Made by a program: the position numbers and the translations under genes | In this document: piece after piece, positions 10,361 to 20,851 of the stretch | Layout: each line of letters begins with the position of its first letter | Numbering within the stretch: the first letter of the stretch is position 1 | Notes under the pieces: generated by a model | Seen by the model: only the letters and a program-made list of their open reading frames with translations | Told to the model about the DNA's origin: nothing | Databases searched by the model: none | Assembly (NCBI GenBank): GCA_902774115.1 | Contig: CACYHH010000001.1 | Location: 604,794-668,793, forward strand | Length of the DNA: 64,000 nucleotides | Reading direction: 5' to 3' | Origin: an uncultured Spirochaetales bacterium | GTDB lineage: Bacteria; UBP6; UBA1177

Positions 10361-11359
10361 TTATTTTCCGATCGTAGCGCACATAACCGCTTTGATCGTG
10401 TGCATTCTGTTCTCTGCTTCGTCGAAAACTTTCGAGTATCTGCTTCTGAAAACTTCGTCGGTGACTTCCATCTCTTTGATGCCGAACTTGTCGAAAATCT
10501 CTTTGCCGACTTTCGTGTTGAGGTCGTGGAAGCTCGGAAGGCAGTGAAGGAAAATAACGTCCGGATTTCCGGTAGCCTTTATCATCTTCATATTTACCTG
10601 ATAAGCCTTGAGCTGTTTGATTCTCTGCTCGAAAAGAGCTTCTTCGCCCATCGATACCCAAACGTCGGTGTAGATGACGTCAGCGTCTTTTACAGCTTTG
10701 ATCGGATCTTCAGAGAATTCGATTACAGCGCCGGTCTCTTTAGCGACTTCCTTCATCTCTTTTACGAGGTTTTTGTCGGGCCAGAGAGCTTTCGGAGCAC
10801 ATGAAACGAAGTGCATTCCCATTTTAGCGGCACCGATCATAAGGCTGTTGCCCATGTTGTTTCTTGCGTCGCCGCAGTAAACGAATTTAACTTTGTTGAG
10901 AGGTTTCGCAACGTGTTCTTCGATCGTGAGGAAGTCAGCGAGGATCTGAGTCGGGTGGTAAAGGTCGGTAAGACCGTTCCAGACCGGAACACCTGCATAT
11001 TTTGCGAGTGTTTCAACGGTTTCCTGTTTGAAACCGCGGAATTCAATACCGTCGAACATTCTGCCGAGAACTTTCGCGGTGTCTTCGATCGACTCTTTTT
11101 TGCCCATCTGGCTGTCGTTCGAGCCGAGGAATGTTACGCCTGCGCCTTCGTCCATTGCGCCAACTTCAAAAGCGCAGCGGGTTCTTGTCGAAGTTTTTTC
11201 GAAAAGAAGGACAATGTTTTTTCCTGCAAGCAGATCGCCTTTGATACCTGCTCTTTTCTTTGCCTTGAGGTCGTGAGCAAGGTCGAGAAGATAGCGGATC
11301 TCTTCGGGTGTAAAGTCTTTAAGTGTCAAAAAATTTCTTCCTTTAAGATTAACAGCCAT
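10361..11359 (-). CDS. argF: ornithine carbamoyltransferase
   Basis: Contains [18 protein letters not shown] and HCLPSFH motifs. GGAGGA RBS precedes the ATG at 11359; the 27-aa N-terminal extension in the ORF track is unlikely. Confidence 0.9.
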   Translation of the reverse strand: MAVNLKGRNFLTLKDFTPEEIRYLLDLAHDLKAKKRAGIKGDLLAGKNIVLLFEKTSTRTRCAFEVGAMDEGAGVTFLGSNDSQMGKKESIEDTAKVLGRMFDGIEFRGFKQETVETLAKYAGVPVWNGLTDLYHPTQILADFLTIEEHVAKPLNKVKFVYCGDARNNMGNSLMIGAAKMGMHFVSCAPKALWPDKNLVKEMKEVAKETGAVIEFSEDPIKAVKDADVIYTDVWVSMGEEALFEQRIKQLKAYQVNMKMIKATGNPDVIFLHCLPSFHDLNTKVGKEIFDKFGIKEMEVTDEVFRSRYSKVFDEAENRMHTIKAVMCATIGK

Positions 11360-11494
11360 TTTTTCCTCCAAAAAAACATGGTTAAACAAAAAACGCAGAA
11401 TTATAGGAAGCGAAAATAAAAAAGCAACATGGAAGTACAAAATAAAATTGATAAGATTTTTTTATTATGGTATATCCGCGCGGATTTTGGAGGA

Positions 11495-13255
11495 ATGATG
11501 AAAAAAATACTCTTTATCTTTCTGTTTTTTCTTTTTCTTTTCTCCCTTTCGGCTGAAACTCTGCATATCGATGCCTTCAACAATAAAGATTTCATTTCAG
11601 ATATAAACAACGCGCTCTTAAGCGAATCGCCGGAAATTCTCGTCAAAGCGGCATCCCCTTATCTTTCCAAAATACACGAACTTAACATTCCCAACTGCTT
11701 CGGCTGCTCGCTTTATCTCATAAAGATGACTGAAAACGCAGATCCTGAAATGCAGCTTGCCGCAGCAGACCTCGCCGTAAAATTTTCAGACGATCTTCCC
11801 GAGGTTCATCACCACTATCTCGTGCGTCTTTTTCATTTTGCTCCGAACAGACCTGATAAAATAATCGCTCATTTCTTCAAAGCGGCAGACAGATCGCTGC
11901 GTTTTGCTTTTGCGAACTCGGTGATTTATCTCTTTATCGGTAAATTATCGGCAATATGCCTTATATTTTTCATAATTTTCATTGCCGTAATGTTCCTGAA
12001 ATACACCAGCCTGGTTGTTCACAAATACAGACATATCGTCGGTTTTTCAAAGTTCTACGGAATAGGCATTCTGATCACTTTTTGTGTTTCGATGTGGCTT
12101 GTCGGCAAAAACTTCAACAACATGGTTTTCCTGCTTATACCTTTCCTGATATTTTTCGGAGACTTGGGAACACGCTCCGAAAAAGCGGCTCTCCATATCA
12201 CGATTTTACTTTTTATACTGACGTCCGCCGTCTCGATGACTGCCGAAAAAAGCAAACCGGCTCTATATAATCAGGATGTTGCCTATAATCATCTTACTGC
12301 CGTAATCTCTCCCGACCTTCTTCCGGAAGAAAACATCGACCTCTCTCAGCCGGGAGCTTATATGGCGAAAGGTTTCCTGTTTCTTTACAACGGAAATTTC
12401 AGCCGCGCCGCATTCAACCTGAACAAAGAACTCTCTTCAGTCAAAACTCCGGAAATCAAAACGATGCTTTCAAACGCTCTGGGAGTCGCTCTCGCTTCAA
12501 ACGGAAAACAAAGAGAGGCGATTCCTTATCTGAGAGAGGCTTACGAAATTTCAGGCAACCCGAAGATCGGCTACAACCTTTCAAAAGTTTTAGATGAAGC
12601 CGGATTCAAGGACGAGAGTTCGAAAATTGAAAAAAAACTGATTTATTCAGCTTCCTCCGAATCATTCTCCTACCCTTCCATATATTTTTCCAACGCTTCC
12701 GAAATATGGCACTACCTCTGTTACGGAAACGAAGTAACAAACATGAGAAATATAATAAATTCCGGTGTTTACATTGTTATGGCAATTCTTTTTTACCTTT
12801 TCATAATTCTGCTGAAATACTGCTATTTAGGCTCATTCAAACTTTCAAGATGTCTTGAGTGCGGCAACATAATGTGTTCAAAATGCAATGTCGGCGGGAA
12901 CGATGTTTGTGCCGTCTGCAAACTCATGAAAGCCGATTACACGCTGTTCAAACGCGGCGAACGTGAAATTTACGAAGCAAGAAGAGACAACTTTTTCAGA
13001 CGGCGTTCAATAATAATGAATATACTCACCTTTACGATTCCTGGCGGAGGTATGCTGTTCATCGACAAAACTCTCGAAGGTTCGGTCTACCTCGCCGTTC
13101 CTCTTACGGTAACTCTTGTATATTTCATGAATACGATGGGGCTTGTTGTTGACAAATCAGACAGCTTTCTGATGAAAACAATAATAATTTCAGTGGATTT
13201 ATTTATTTATTGTGTCTCTGTCATCAGGGCTCTGTTTGCCGTCAGGAGAGATTGA
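11495..13255 (+). CDS. multi-pass membrane protein with TPR-like segment and CxxC...CxxC zinc ribbon
   Basis: Signal-like MMKKILFIFLFFLF after a GGAGG RBS. Has several hydrophobic helices. Contains CLECGNIMCSKCNVGGNDVCAVCK. Confidence 0.6.
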   Translation: MMKKILFIFLFFLFLFSLSAETLHIDAFNNKDFISDINNALLSESPEILVKAASPYLSKIHELNIPNCFGCSLYLIKMTENADPEMQLAAADLAVKFSDDLPEVHHHYLVRLFHFAPNRPDKIIAHFFKAADRSLRFAFANSVIYLFIGKLSAICLIFFIIFIAVMFLKYTSLVVHKYRHIVGFSKFYGIGILITFCVSMWLVGKNFNNMVFLLIPFLIFFGDLGTRSEKAALHITILLFILTSAVSMTAEKSKPALYNQDVAYNHLTAVISPDLLPEENIDLSQPGAYMAKGFLFLYNGNFSRAAFNLNKELSSVKTPEIKTMLSNALGVALASNGKQREAIPYLREAYEISGNPKIGYNLSKVLDEAGFKDESSKIEKKLIYSASSESFSYPSIYFSNASEIWHYLCYGNEVTNMRNIINSGVYIVMAILFYLFIILLKYCYLGSFKLSRCLECGNIMCSKCNVGGNDVCAVCKLMKADYTLFKRGEREIYEARRDNFFRRRSIIMNILTFTIPGGGMLFIDKTLEGSVYLAVPLTVTLVYFMNTMGLVVDKSDSFLMKTIIISVDLFIYCVSVIRALFAVRRD

Positions 13256-14232
13256 TGCCGGTAGCTATAATTCAAAAATCAACAGTAAAAATCGCATTCG
13301 CCGGAGAGATCCGTGACAAAAAACTGATCGATGCCTTCACCGAAGCCTCTATTTTAGGACTTACGGGCATTCTGAAACTGAAAGTGTCGCGCAACGAATA
13401 CTATTTTTATTTTGTAAAAGGCTCGCTCATCTACTCTTCCAACATGAAAAAAACGATGGATCAGACAGTTCTCGAAATCATCAAATATTCAGGGTTCATT
13501 TCAAGAGAAAAACTTATCAAATGCGAAAAAGAAAAAAGCAAGGCGATGAAAACGATCCTTGAAATGCTGATAGACGAAGGTTTTGTCTCGATGCTGCTCT
13601 ACTCCAAAGTCATAAGTCTCGCAATGAGGACGAACGTAATCGAAGCAATGCTCGAAACCGAGGGAAACTACAGTTTTGAAATCAAGACCAAGATAGAATC
13701 GGTTCACGGAGTCAGACCCATATCCATTACGCAGCTCAAACCGATAAGCACATTGATCGAAGAAAACCGCGCAGCTGTGAAAGAAGTGGCGGCTTCACTA
13801 TACTCCAAAATAGACAAATGCAACGGAGCGACTTACCTGAAAGCGAATCAGTCGTTCCTTCACAACGCGATTACAGCCGACATGGACTACCTGAAATTCT
13901 TCTCGGTTGCCGTTACCGACTTCATTGACAAAAAATGGTCGTTTCCGAGCTTTTTCCTCAAAGACAAGCTTTTGAACTCCATAGCCGTATATACTTTCAG
14001 GGCCCTTATCGTAACCGGCATGTGCACTTTTCTCTACCTCGCCATAATGACCACGACTTTCGACCTCAAAAATGAACAAATAAGCGGAAAAGACTTCTAC
14101 TTTATCCGCGAAAAACTCACGGAATCACTGCAGAACTTTCAGACTCATGACAAAAAGCAGATCCAGAGAAAAGCTGCCGGACCAAAAGAGAAGGACGAAA
14201 AAAACACAAAACCGAAAAACGTGAAAAAATAA
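13255..14232 (+). CDS. DUF4388-like domain protein with C-terminal TM segment
   Basis: The ATG overlaps the upstream stop (ATGA). LTGILKLKVSRNEYYFYFVKGSLIYSS resembles the DUF4388 (PatA-N-like) core. Confidence 0.5.
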   Translation: MPVAIIQKSTVKIAFAGEIRDKKLIDAFTEASILGLTGILKLKVSRNEYYFYFVKGSLIYSSNMKKTMDQTVLEIIKYSGFISREKLIKCEKEKSKAMKTILEMLIDEGFVSMLLYSKVISLAMRTNVIEAMLETEGNYSFEIKTKIESVHGVRPISITQLKPISTLIEENRAAVKEVAASLYSKIDKCNGATYLKANQSFLHNAITADMDYLKFFSVAVTDFIDKKWSFPSFFLKDKLLNSIAVYTFRALIVTGMCTFLYLAIMTTTFDLKNEQISGKDFYFIREKLTESLQNFQTHDKKQIQRKAAGPKEKDEKNTKPKNVKK

Positions 14233-14317
14233 TTCTATTATATTTGATATTTTCATAATTTTTATTATGATCCACCGTTTTTTTTGAATTTGTCTGACAA
14301 TTTAGGGAGATTAAAAG

Positions 14318-16072
14318 ATGAGTACAGTAGATTTCATTGAAGCCGGAACAAGAAAAAACGTTTCAGAAATTCAGGCTTTGGCTCTTACGATCATGAATGC
14401 GCCGGCGACTTCGGCTGTTTCGGTAAAAGATCTTTATACAGCGGCAATGCAGCAGACAAGCGCCGTATTTTCAAACCAGACAATGCCGAAAATCGATGAA
14501 AGTTTTCCGGAGAATGCAAATGTTATTTCGAATTTCACAGGCGAAGACACCTGCGAAACCGACTGGTTCGTAAAAATAGTTCCGACGACGGAAGAAGCTG
14601 TCACAAATCCCGATTCGGCTGAAGAAAGAGAAGAACTTCTCGACATAATCAGAAGAGCTTCATACGACCTTGTCCAGCGCGAAATGTTTATTCATTCCGT
14701 TTACCTTACCGACAATCCCGATTTCAACTGCAGAATAGATATTACGGCTCCTGTCCAGTTCCCGAAACTGCTTCTTGACGCTGCGATCCACTACTACCCG
14801 ATCGATGACAAAACCTCGAAGAACTATGCGAAAAGCCGCAAACTCGATATGCCGTCGATAAGAATCGTATGCTACCCGGAATGGGAAAACGAAGAGTGGC
14901 TCTACTGGAAATCGAAAGCTCACAACGAGACCGAAGACGAGCCTGAAAGACTCATGATGATCTACGACACCGAAACAAATACCGCTTTCCTGCTCGGCGC
15001 AAAGAATTTCTCGGAAATCAGAAAAGCCGTAAAAGTTTTGGCTTGGAACACTTCGATCGAAGCGACCAACGGTGAATTCCTTCCGGTAAACGGAACGGCT
15101 AAAACGATATCTATCAAAAAGACCGTCAACAAAAAGAGCGACACCTCTTCCGCTACTTTCCTTACGGTTTCCTGCTGCGAAGACGAAAGAAGTTTCTTCG
15201 GTCTTAACGTCCACGCTTCGGAAACTCCGGCAAAAGGCGAAGAAATTACAGTCACGACAAGCGGCGACTCTGGACTTCTTCTGATCGCTTCGGCTCAGAA
15301 CAAAAAGAAATTCCTCGTCAACTTCGGAAGAAACGGATTCGGCTCGATCGACAGCGTAATCGCAGGATCGAAAGAGACTCCGCAGATAATTTCCGCTGAA
15401 AATTTAGCTCTCGTAAAGACCGCGGAAGATAAAAAAGAGTTCCTTCTCAACCCGATGCTTTCCCCGAACGCAAAAATCCACACTCAGCTCAAACAGGAAG
15501 ACAAAGATTTCCCGATGCCTGAATACGTAGTTCTCATGGTCAATGACAGTGCGCTTCCTCCCGTAACTATGATAAAGGACGCAGACCTCATGACTTCGAT
15601 GTGGTTCTCCTACACCACCGAATGCGACTGCTGCTCCGATTCGGAAGTAATCCCGAGCGGAAATTCAGACGCGACATGGGAAGTTGAAAAAGAAATCGAA
15701 ATTTTCAACAAAATCGCAAAAAGAGGCAAATTCAAACTTATCGTTGTAAATACAGCACCTTACAGTGACAGCACCCGCGATGCTCTTGCAGACGAGCTCA
15801 TCCTTTCGGTCTACACGAAAATCGCAAGAAACGAGATCGCATGGAAAGAATGGAAAGCTCTTCCGGGCTTCAACCTTCCCGACAAAGGAACATTCAAGAA
15901 CATCAAAAAGGATTTCGACACCGTTTACGACACCATGAAGTTCTCGGCTGATCCGATATACAAAGACCTGCTCCGCGATTCGCTCGAAATGAAGATAGAA
16001 TATCTCAGAACGATCGATGCTCCGCAGGCTCTCATCGCTCCTTTCTACAAAATACTCGCGAAACTTGTCTAA
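14318..16072 (+). CDS. hypothetical protein (584 aa)
   Basis: Long ORF with a GGGAGA RBS. I recognise no family. Confidence 0.6.
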   Translation: MSTVDFIEAGTRKNVSEIQALALTIMNAPATSAVSVKDLYTAAMQQTSAVFSNQTMPKIDESFPENANVISNFTGEDTCETDWFVKIVPTTEEAVTNPDSAEEREELLDIIRRASYDLVQREMFIHSVYLTDNPDFNCRIDITAPVQFPKLLLDAAIHYYPIDDKTSKNYAKSRKLDMPSIRIVCYPEWENEEWLYWKSKAHNETEDEPERLMMIYDTETNTAFLLGAKNFSEIRKAVKVLAWNTSIEATNGEFLPVNGTAKTISIKKTVNKKSDTSSATFLTVSCCEDERSFFGLNVHASETPAKGEEITVTTSGDSGLLLIASAQNKKKFLVNFGRNGFGSIDSVIAGSKETPQIISAENLALVKTAEDKKEFLLNPMLSPNAKIHTQLKQEDKDFPMPEYVVLMVNDSALPPVTMIKDADLMTSMWFSYTTECDCCSDSEVIPSGNSDATWEVEKEIEIFNKIAKRGKFKLIVVNTAPYSDSTRDALADELILSVYTKIARNEIAWKEWKALPGFNLPDKGTFKNIKKDFDTVYDTMKFSADPIYKDLLRDSLEMKIEYLRTIDAPQALIAPFYKILAKLV

Positions 16073-16116
16073 AATTTTAACCAATCTATTTTATTCAACA
16101 AATTGAGGAATCTTTC

Positions 16117-16929
16117 ATGAAAGATATTTCACTTTTAGAGAAAATTTTAGGTAAATTTCTCTCGCACGAACAAATTACGGCTCTGACTGAAGAAATCTCG
16201 AAAGGGGTATCTCTCGCAAGCAGCATCATGGATAAAAACGAAAAAATAAAGGCAACAAAAGAGCTTGTCGTAGAAACATTCAAGTCGGTTGACAAAATGA
16301 TCGCTCAGTCGAACAAAATTCCTGCAACCTTCAAACTTTTTTACGATACGGCGAAAACAAAAATCCATGACCTTCTTGAACCGATAATCACCGGAATGGT
16401 TATGGAAAACGACTTTTCCGATCTTGACGATATTCCTGATGTAAAAAAATCGGACAACGCTCCGAAGCAGGAAAACAACGAAAAACACCAGGAAAACCCG
16501 AACAACAGTCAGCAGCAGAACGGCGGTGAACAGAGCGGCAGACGCAGAAGACGCAGACACGGACGCAACAGAAACAATAACCACAACGTAGAGACGTTTC
16601 CTGAAACGTCTCAGGCAAAGCCCGAACCCAAACCTGTACAGACGTCACCTGAAATGTCTCAGGCAAAACCGATGACACAACCGGAACCAAAACCTGTACA
16701 GAAACCCGAATCGAAACCTGTACAGACGTTTCCCGAAACGTCTCCTGTCAAACCCGAACCGGAAGCAAAACCAAAACCGGCGAGACGCGGCAGAACTGCA
16801 AAAAAAACTGCGGAAACACCGGCACCGAAACCGGAAACAAAACCCGTAGAGATGTCATCCGAAACGTCTTCTGCAAAACCGGCAAGAAGAGGCAGAACAT
16901 CCAGAAAACCGAAAGAGACAAACGAATAA
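16117..16929 (+). CDS. hypothetical protein, helical N-domain plus Arg-rich and Pro/Lys-rich repeat tail
   Basis: Contains RRRRRRHGRNRNNNHN followed by about 4 repeats of ETFPETSQAKPEPKPVQ. Also has two KPARRGRT motifs. Confidence 0.6.
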   Translation: MKDISLLEKILGKFLSHEQITALTEEISKGVSLASSIMDKNEKIKATKELVVETFKSVDKMIAQSNKIPATFKLFYDTAKTKIHDLLEPIITGMVMENDFSDLDDIPDVKKSDNAPKQENNEKHQENPNNSQQQNGGEQSGRRRRRRHGRNRNNNHNVETFPETSQAKPEPKPVQTSPEMSQAKPMTQPEPKPVQKPESKPVQTFPETSPVKPEPEAKPKPARRGRTAKKTAETPAPKPETKPVEMSSETSSAKPARRGRTSRKPKETNE

Positions 16930-16930
16930 G

Positions 16931-18301
16931 ATGAAAAAATTCATTTTTGTTTTTTTAGCTCTTTTTTATTCTCTCGCCTACGCCGAAGAAACTCCTGCTT
17001 TCGATTTTTCACCCGTTTCGGAAGATAACGTTTCGCTTGTCCTTTACGACATTGAAACGCAGAAAAATGTTCTTAGCATAAACGCCGACAAACCTTTCCT
17101 GTACGCTTCGAACCTCAAACTTCTCACTTCCGCAGTCGCTTTGAAACAGTTGGGCGGAGGATTCAAATTCCTTACCCTCTTTTCCTTCGATAAAGAAAGC
17201 GGAACCCTTTATATCAAAGCCGGCGGCGATCCCGAAATGGTCATAGAAAAACTCTGGGTTGTCGCATCAGACCTCAAAAGACTCGGCGTAAAAGGGATAA
17301 AAAAAGTCGCAGTCGATGATTTTTTATACGGAAAAAAGAGCGCACTGACGGCAGAAAGCGGTGATAAGGGCGACAACGGATACCTTGCTTTCATCTCGCC
17401 TCTCAGCCTGAATTACAATGCCGTTGCAATATTCGTCAAAGCGCGTGAAGCAGCCCGGCCGGTCGAAATCACCCTTTCGGCACCGAGCTCCTATTTCTCG
17501 ATCAAAAACACCGCAACAGGCACGGCAGACGGCAACAACCAGCTTGTAGTCGGAGCACAGAAAGCGGGAAATCAGACAGAAATCGTCGTAAAAGGCTCGC
17601 TCGGAGCAGCAAGAACGAAACACGAAGCCGTATTCAAAAGAGTCGCTGATCCGACACGCTACTACATTGTGACGCTGCTCAATCTCATGGGCGAAAACGA
17701 GGAGACCCCGATCGAACGCGCGCAGCTTGAAGATTCGTTTTTTACTGCGAAAGAGCGGATAAATTTTACCTACAAAAGCAATCCTCTGCGCGACATAATC
17801 CGCACGATGAACCTCTATTCCTCGAATTTCATCGCCGACAGCCTTCAGTTTTACCTCGGTGCGACTCTCCGCGGAGACACAAAACAAGGTGTTGAAATTC
17901 TTAAAGAATTTTCTAAAAAAGAACTTAACGAGACAATTGACATCGTAAACGGCAGCGGGCTTGGCAACGACAAAAATTATCTTACAGGAAATTTTTACAT
18001 CAAACTGCTGAAACTTGTTTTCTCCGATTACTACGGCAGCATCGATTTCTTCTCATCTCTTCCTGTAATGGGTGAAGACGGAACTTTGAAACGTGCCAAC
18101 ACAAGCAGCGAAAATTCAGGGTTTGTCCGCGGCAAAACAGGTTCTCTCACAGGTGTCGCGGCGCTTTCAGGCGTCATGAAGGCAAAAAGCGGAAAACTCT
18201 ATCTTTTCGCATTCTCGATAAACGGATTCCCTTCAAAAAGTTTCAAACCGATGTGGGCGCTTCGTGACAGAGTCATGAACGAAATCTGGGAGAAATATTG
18301 A
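16931..18301 (+). CDS. dacB: D-alanyl-D-alanine carboxypeptidase/endopeptidase (PBP4, peptidase S13)
   Basis: Signal peptide present. SxxK is SNLK, SxN is SSN, KTG is KTGSL. Confidence 0.85.
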   Translation: MKKFIFVFLALFYSLAYAEETPAFDFSPVSEDNVSLVLYDIETQKNVLSINADKPFLYASNLKLLTSAVALKQLGGGFKFLTLFSFDKESGTLYIKAGGDPEMVIEKLWVVASDLKRLGVKGIKKVAVDDFLYGKKSALTAESGDKGDNGYLAFISPLSLNYNAVAIFVKAREAARPVEITLSAPSSYFSIKNTATGTADGNNQLVVGAQKAGNQTEIVVKGSLGAARTKHEAVFKRVADPTRYYIVTLLNLMGENEETPIERAQLEDSFFTAKERINFTYKSNPLRDIIRTMNLYSSNFIADSLQFYLGATLRGDTKQGVEILKEFSKKELNETIDIVNGSGLGNDKNYLTGNFYIKLLKLVFSDYYGSIDFFSSLPVMGEDGTLKRANTSSENSGFVRGKTGSLTGVAALSGVMKAKSGKLYLFAFSINGFPSKSFKPMWALRDRVMNEIWEKY

Positions 18302-18843
18302 TTATGCTGATACATTCAGCGCAGCATATCACCTATTTGGGAAGACACCTTAAAATCAACTCGCCTTCCGAATTTTCAAGCGATTCGACGATACTCGTCC
18401 TGACAAAAAACATAAAAATTCCGTTCAACATCAAGGAAAAAACAAGAATAACTTCGGAAGAGATCGCAAAATCGGCAGGACTCAGGAAATTTCTCAAACT
18501 TTCGGAAGAAACCGCTGTAAAAGTAGGCAGTTTTGAGATCGGAATGGCGGAAATCGCCGAAGATAAGAGCAGATTCAACTTCTTTATCAACAACGAGCTT
18601 TATTTCATGACGTTCGTTCCAGAAATATGCTTTCCTTTTCCGGAAAACCTGACTCTGCTCATTCAGACCGACTCCGATTATTTTCAGGAAGATGATTTTG
18701 AAAAAGTTCAGGCTTTTATCTCCAAAAGCCAGCCTTCAAAAACCGTAATATCCGGGAATTATTCTGAAAAATGGTTTTCAGCTCTTAAAATCAGAAAAAA
18801 CATCGAAGTACGCAACGAAATATCGCAGCAGAGCATATTCTGA
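18298..18843 (+). CDS. hypothetical protein (181 aa)
   Basis: ORF overlaps the dacB stop. No recognisable motif. Confidence 0.45.
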   Translation: MIMLIHSAQHITYLGRHLKINSPSEFSSDSTILVLTKNIKIPFNIKEKTRITSEEIAKSAGLRKFLKLSEETAVKVGSFEIGMAEIAEDKSRFNFFINNELYFMTFVPEICFPFPENLTLLIQTDSDYFQEDDFEKVQAFISKSQPSKTVISGNYSEKWFSALKIRKNIEVRNEISQQSIF

Positions 18844-18915
18844 TTTTTCCTTATTGATTTAAAATCCCTATTCTATATAATCGTACGGTTTTATTTTGGT
18901 TTTACGGAGGTTTAC

Positions 18916-20691
18916 ATGAAAAAGTTATCAATCTGCCTGATTTGTTTTTTCTTATTCTTCGGGTTTGTTTCATGCGGTGCGGATGAAGACGAGGAAACAG
19001 ATACGGCTGTTTCCGGCGACACAGACAATCCCGACACTACCACCGACACAGGTTCGGGAGATACGGATTCAGCCGACAGTGACAATTCCGATACTGCCGA
19101 TACGGTTTCAGGAGATACAGATCCCGCGGATACTGTCAATGATCCTGAAGATCCGGAAGATCCTTATAAAGACTGCGGCTGCGGTCTCGAGGATCAGGAC
19201 TATGACGGTGACGGAATACCGAACAGTGTTGAAGGCTGCGAAGATTTTGACGGAGATTCTCTGCCCAACTGCATGGATACCGACAGCGACGGCGACGGCT
19301 TCCCCGATAGTGGAGAGTGTCCGGCTCAGCCCTGCAAAGACACTGACGGCGACGGAATACCTGACTTTTTGGACAAAGACAGCGATAACGACGGACTTAC
19401 AGACAAAAAGGAAAAAGAATACGGCACAGATCCCTGCAACAAAGATACCGACGGCGACGGCGACGACGATATGGCCGAAGTAGCCTTCAACACCGATCCG
19501 CTTGATGACAACAGCCATGTTCCTGCCGGCAGCATGTATGTCGTCCTTCCCTACAATGCAAACTGGAATGCAAGCAGAACTTGGGAATTCGATACCGACA
19601 TTTCAAAAATAGACGTTGCTTTCATGCTTGATCTTTCGGGCTCAATGGAAGAGGAACAGCAGAACCTTAAGGACAAAATCAAAACTGACGTTGTGGAAAA
19701 AGTTAAAACTCTCCATGAAGGCACGCTTGATGCCGCCTATGCTTTCGTCCACTTCATGGATTTCGGTAACGAAATGGACAAGGTTTACAAAGTCGATACG
19801 CTTGTAACGACCGATATTGACGAACTCAAAGCGGCTATCGACAGCACGCCGACACCTTACGGCGGCACGGAATGTGACTGGCTCGTTCTTTACGCTGCAA
19901 CCATAAGCGAAGATATTTACGGACCGTGTTCGACAGAACCTGAAGTAGCCTGGATGCCGGGCATGTCATCAGAAAAGGCGACATGCAACATTCCGCTTCC
20001 CGACTGTACTGGTCGCGAAGGCAACCGCGCAGGTCTCTGCTTCCGTGAAAAGGCGATGCCTATCCTCATTCAAATCACCGATGAAGGACCGACTGACACA
20101 TATATGCCTCCTTACAATGAAAAGGCTTCCGATCTGGCTATTCAGACAATGGCTGCACAAAATGCCAAATTTATAGGAATCGATTCTTCAAAAACAAGCG
20201 GTACCAAGGTAATAACCGATTATTTTGAAGCGGTTGCAAGCGCCACCGGAACTCTTGATGCAAGCGGTAAATCATTCAATTTTGCAGTCGGAAGCGATGC
20301 TATTGCAGCTGACGGAAAGGCAATGAGTGAAAAAATAGGCGAAGCGATCGAATCTCTCACCTCTTTTGTTCAGATGGACGTATGGGTCGCAGGAAACTCG
20401 AACGAGCTCTGCAACGGAACAGACATGAGCGTAGCAAACTTCATCCTCGGCGGTATTCCTGTAAAGGCCGAGCCGCCGGAAGGTGCTTCAATAGATACGG
20501 CAAACATGAAGTTCCGCGATGTAAATCCGGGAACAGTCGTAACTTTCGACGTTCAGTTCCACAACGACTTCTGCCCGAATCCGACGAACGCTCCGGTTCT
20601 TTACAAAGCCGAGGCAATGGTTCTTGGCGAAGGTGCATACCTTTCCAAGAAAGAAGTTCAGATCATCGTTCCCGAAAGCGAAAACAAATAA
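18916..20691 (+). CDS. secreted lipoprotein with thrombospondin type-3 (Ca-binding) repeats and a vWA domain
   Basis: Lipobox GFVSCG. Repeated DxDxDGxxD units (DTDSDGDGFPD, DTDGDGIPD, DSDNDGLTD). MIDAS-like DVAFMLDLSGSM. Confidence 0.8.
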   Translation: MKKLSICLICFFLFFGFVSCGADEDEETDTAVSGDTDNPDTTTDTGSGDTDSADSDNSDTADTVSGDTDPADTVNDPEDPEDPYKDCGCGLEDQDYDGDGIPNSVEGCEDFDGDSLPNCMDTDSDGDGFPDSGECPAQPCKDTDGDGIPDFLDKDSDNDGLTDKKEKEYGTDPCNKDTDGDGDDDMAEVAFNTDPLDDNSHVPAGSMYVVLPYNANWNASRTWEFDTDISKIDVAFMLDLSGSMEEEQQNLKDKIKTDVVEKVKTLHEGTLDAAYAFVHFMDFGNEMDKVYKVDTLVTTDIDELKAAIDSTPTPYGGTECDWLVLYAATISEDIYGPCSTEPEVAWMPGMSSEKATCNIPLPDCTGREGNRAGLCFREKAMPILIQITDEGPTDTYMPPYNEKASDLAIQTMAAQNAKFIGIDSSKTSGTKVITDYFEAVASATGTLDASGKSFNFAVGSDAIAADGKAMSEKIGEAIESLTSFVQMDVWVAGNSNELCNGTDMSVANFILGGIPVKAEPPEGASIDTANMKFRDVNPGTVVTFDVQFHNDFCPNPTNAPVLYKAEAMVLGEGAYLSKKEVQIIVPESENK

Positions 20692-20703
20692 GTCAAAAAT
20701 TAC

Positions 20704-20731
20704 TTGCAAAACACATTTTTTTTCTTATATT
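20704..20731 (+). promoter_or_regulatory. putative sigma70-type promoter of tRNA-Ala
   Basis: TTGCAA (20704-09), 16-nt spacer, TATATT (20726-31), then the GC-rich discriminator CCGCGCCGCG before the tRNA 5' end. Confidence 0.45.
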
Positions 20732-20742
20732 CCGCGCCGCGT

Positions 20743-20818
20743 GGGGCAATAGCTCAGCTGGGAGAGCGCGTGCTTCGCATGTACGAGGTCGCCGGTCCGA
20801 ATCCGGTTTGCTCCACCA
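20743..20818 (+). tRNA. tRNA-Ala (anticodon CGC), CCA encoded
   Basis: Hand-folded cloverleaf: acceptor GGGGCAA/TTGCTCC with the G3:U70 Ala identity pair, D-arm GCTC/GAGC, anticodon loop TTCGCAT, T-arm GCCGG TCCGAAT CCGGT, 3' ACCA. Confidence 0.9.
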
Positions 20819-20851
20819 TTCTTTTGTTTTCCCGCAATTTTTGGAGAGTTT

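Noticed and set aside
11429-11494. N-terminal extensions given by the ORF track (11429, 41029, 36234, 37576, 54302, 10361-11440, 29402, 63256, 50908, 7281, 1099, 60).
   Set aside because: In each case an internal ATG is preceded by a GGAG-type RBS at 5-9 nt and opens a proper signal peptide or conserved N-terminus. The extensions are hydrophobic or odd and lack an RBS.
14318-16072. Tempting to label the 584-aa protein as a PEP carboxykinase-like or other kinase because of its size.
   Set aside because: I cannot find a P-loop or any kinase signature, so it is left as hypothetical.
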